Shown piece after piece: positions 26,099 to 27,516 of a stretch of DNA of 27,516 bases; positions within the stretch are counted from its first letter, which is position 1, and each line of letters opens with the position of its first letter. Origin of the DNA: a virus (lineage: Duplodnaviria; Caudoviricetes). The stretch spans positions 1 to 27,516 of the IMG/VR virus record IMGVR_UViG_3300027815_000126. One strand, written 5' to 3'. Under the pieces are notes generated by a model. It made no database searches. It was not told the origin of the DNA and saw only the letters and a list, made by a program, of their open reading frames with translations. The translations under genes were made by a program, and so were the position numbers.

Positions 26099-26244
26099 GT
26101 AAGCCTCTTTTTCGGCTTACAAGATCCTTTTTTACCTCCTATTCCAAGCAGCCGTCTGACTGCGCTATTGTTTGATTCGCCCTGCTTTTTACTGCACTTG
26201 ATAACAGCCGATACATCACGATCAATGCGGATTACACGCGACAT
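26095..26244 (-). CDS. 49-aa ribbon-helix-helix-like protein, not in the ORF track
   Basis: MSRVIRIDRDVSAVIKCSKKQGESNNSAVRRLLGI... Overlaps both neighbours (TGATG and ATGA). Confidence 0.6.
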   Translation of the reverse strand: MSRVIRIDRDVSAVIKCSKKQGESNNSAVRRLLGIGGKKGSCKPKKRLT

Positions 26245-26510
26245 CACGCCTCCTCTTTGGAGGCCGATTCATATTGATCAAGAACCTTGTCTTCGATGGC
26301 CTGTTTTAGAAAATCATCAACGGCAATCGTGTCAATCCACCGCCCGTCTTTTGCAAGCTTGCTTGGGAGTTTGACAAATACCCCCTTTTTACCGTCAAGA
26401 ACGGAAAATCCACGGACAATCAAACTGTCGCTGAATTTAACCGCAACCAAAGCCTTTAATTTTCCGTCCCCGTTCACAAGCCTTAAATCGACCACTTCAA
26501 CATTCATCAT
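26244..26510 (-). CDS. spoVG: SpoVG family DNA/RNA-binding protein
   Basis: GKLKALVAVKFSDSLIVRGFSVLDGKKGVFVKLPSK...DG.W.D...IEDKVL. Confidence 0.88.
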   Translation of the reverse strand: MMNVEVVDLRLVNGDGKLKALVAVKFSDSLIVRGFSVLDGKKGVFVKLPSKLAKDGRWIDTIAVDDFLKQAIEDKVLDQYESASKEEA

Positions 26511-26641
26511 GGCAACGTCTCCTTATAGAACGTCTTTCGTTTTTTTTCATTTCCTCAACTCGGTCGGAGGGTACCATTGGGGTCGGGGTAATCAAGGTCA
26601 TTTTCATTTTTTAATAAAACGCTTGTTAAGAGGGCAAAAGC

Positions 26642-26890
26642 TCATTGTTCGACCGATTTAAAACGAAACCCGCACCCACGGCAAAAGTGATACCGGATAG
26701 GCGGCGACGAGTTGTAGCATTTGACATCTTTTGACTGGCATTTTTTATTCGGACACCGGAGCGGAATATAAGATACGGCGTATTCGTTTTCGAGCGGCGT
26801 CTCGTCTGATTTTTTCTTGTCTTGAAGCTTGAGCTGAATTTTCTTTTGTTCGGGCGTAAACCAATTCTTATCTTCTCCAAGCCAGCTCAT
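26642..26890 (-). CDS. Zinc-ribbon protein, Ogr/Delta-like transcription activator candidate
   Basis: RCPNKKCQS...IRYHFCRGCGFRFKSVE. Start at 26890 gives an ATGA overlap with the terminase stop. Confidence 0.65.
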   Translation of the reverse strand: MSWLGEDKNWFTPEQKKIQLKLQDKKKSDETPLENEYAVSYIPLRCPNKKCQSKDVKCYNSSPPIRYHFCRGCGFRFKSVEQ

Positions 26891-27516
26891 CTGGCGAACC
26901 ACCCGGAAGTGTTTCCAATATTCCAGTTGCCTGATTCCCCTGTTGACGTATTTCTTTCTTTTTTATGAGCCGTTCTTATTTTTTCAATATCGGCGGGTTT
27001 TAGGGTGTTGACCCGGAGCATATCCGCCGCGACCAAGGCGTTTACTTCGCAGTCCCAAAAATGATTCGGTGTCGCCGATCCTTTAAGCTCCCACTGCTCC
27101 CATGCCTGCCCTTTGCGCTTGTTTCTGACAATGACCTTATGCTCGGAGCACATTTGCCTGACATATTGATCCGAAATATCTTTATAGATATGCCACTGGC
27201 TTCTGTCTTCTTTTTGGGCGTTTATAAGACGCGAAATTTTATCCTTAAAAAGCGTCGTATCGATGCGGAAAAGAGAAAGGCCTTCGGCAATTACTTGGCC
27301 GGTTCGGGGATTTCTGTCGATCTTTGAAACGATATAAGGCGCACCGTTCAGCCGGTCGACACCCTTCGTGGGCCGCGATCTATCGCGCCATTTCCGGCAA
27401 ACCTCATAAACTTCGTCCGTTCTAAATCCAGAATCAATACAGGCAAGCCTCACATATGCCTTAAAACCGTCATCACCCGAATATTCCGTTAAAAAAATAT
27501 CGGTGATAAGCTCCTC
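26887..27516 (-). CDS. Terminase large subunit (lambda gpA family), C-terminal nuclease region, 5' end outside the window
   Basis: CIDSGFRTDEVYEVC, PTKG, QMCSEH, PNHFWDCEVNA. Frame open to the window edge. Confidence 0.93.
   Translation of the reverse strand, partial: EELITDIFLTEYSGDDGFKAYVRLACIDSGFRTDEVYEVCRKWRDRSRPTKGVDRLNGAPYIVSKIDRNPRTGQVIAEGLSLFRIDTTLFKDKISRLINAQKEDRSQWHIYKDISDQYVRQMCSEHKVIVRNKRKGQAWEQWELKGSATPNHFWDCEVNALVAADMLRVNTLKPADIEKIRTAHKKERNTSTGESGNWNIGNTSGWFAR

Larger units (their letters stand above)
3772..27516 (-). mobile_element. Prophage (lambda-like head, long non-contractile tail), partial, ending at the putative att site
   Basis: Syntenic terminase-W-portal-protease-decoration-capsid-tail-TMP-Dit-hub-fibre-lysis-integrases. 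No sheath gene seen. Confidence 0.9.

Noticed and set aside
26495-26607. Possible ~36-aa ORF (MKMTLITPTPMV...) upstream of spoVG
   Set aside because: Very short with no motif or clear RBS; cannot be supported.
2005-27327. Numerous plus-strand and alternate-frame ORFs in the track
   Set aside because: They are shadows of the tightly packed minus-strand operon and show no recognisable motifs.
3772-27516. Gene transfer agent or tailocin rather than prophage
   Set aside because: Both head and tail modules plus dedicated integrases and an att-like site are present. Replication genes are outside the window, so autonomy is not proven.

Overview
Nearly all real genes are on the minus strand. Read 5'->3' from the right edge, the window holds a lambda-like siphovirus prophage morphogenesis arm: terminase C-terminus, a cluster of small DNA-binding genes, gpW, portal, S49 protease/scaffold, decoration, capsid, a beta-helix/head-closure fusion, tail genes with a G/GT frameshift, tape measure, Dit, hub, fibre, a 2OG-Fe(II) oxygenase and membrane/lipoprotein lysis-like genes. 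A translationally coupled Xer-type tyrosine recombinase cassette follows (full enzyme, stand-alone core-binding domain, full enzyme). About 40 bp after it is a 13-6-13 inverted-repeat site whose 6-bp core is the His-Tyr codon pair of a 5'-truncated C39 peptidase motif. That frame continues into a double-glycine-type cleavage motif, a long hydrophobic segment and a C-terminal permuted papain-like domain, then a membrane immunity candidate, a frameshifted secreted TPR-like gene, a REP-like 80-bp tandem duplication and the start of a RAYT transposase. Best interpretation (inference): a tailed phage that integrates at the catalytic-His codon of a C39 autoprocessing domain of a large polymorphic toxin gene and so displaces or exchanges the toxin tip. 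All family calls come from reading motifs by eye; no database searches were run.
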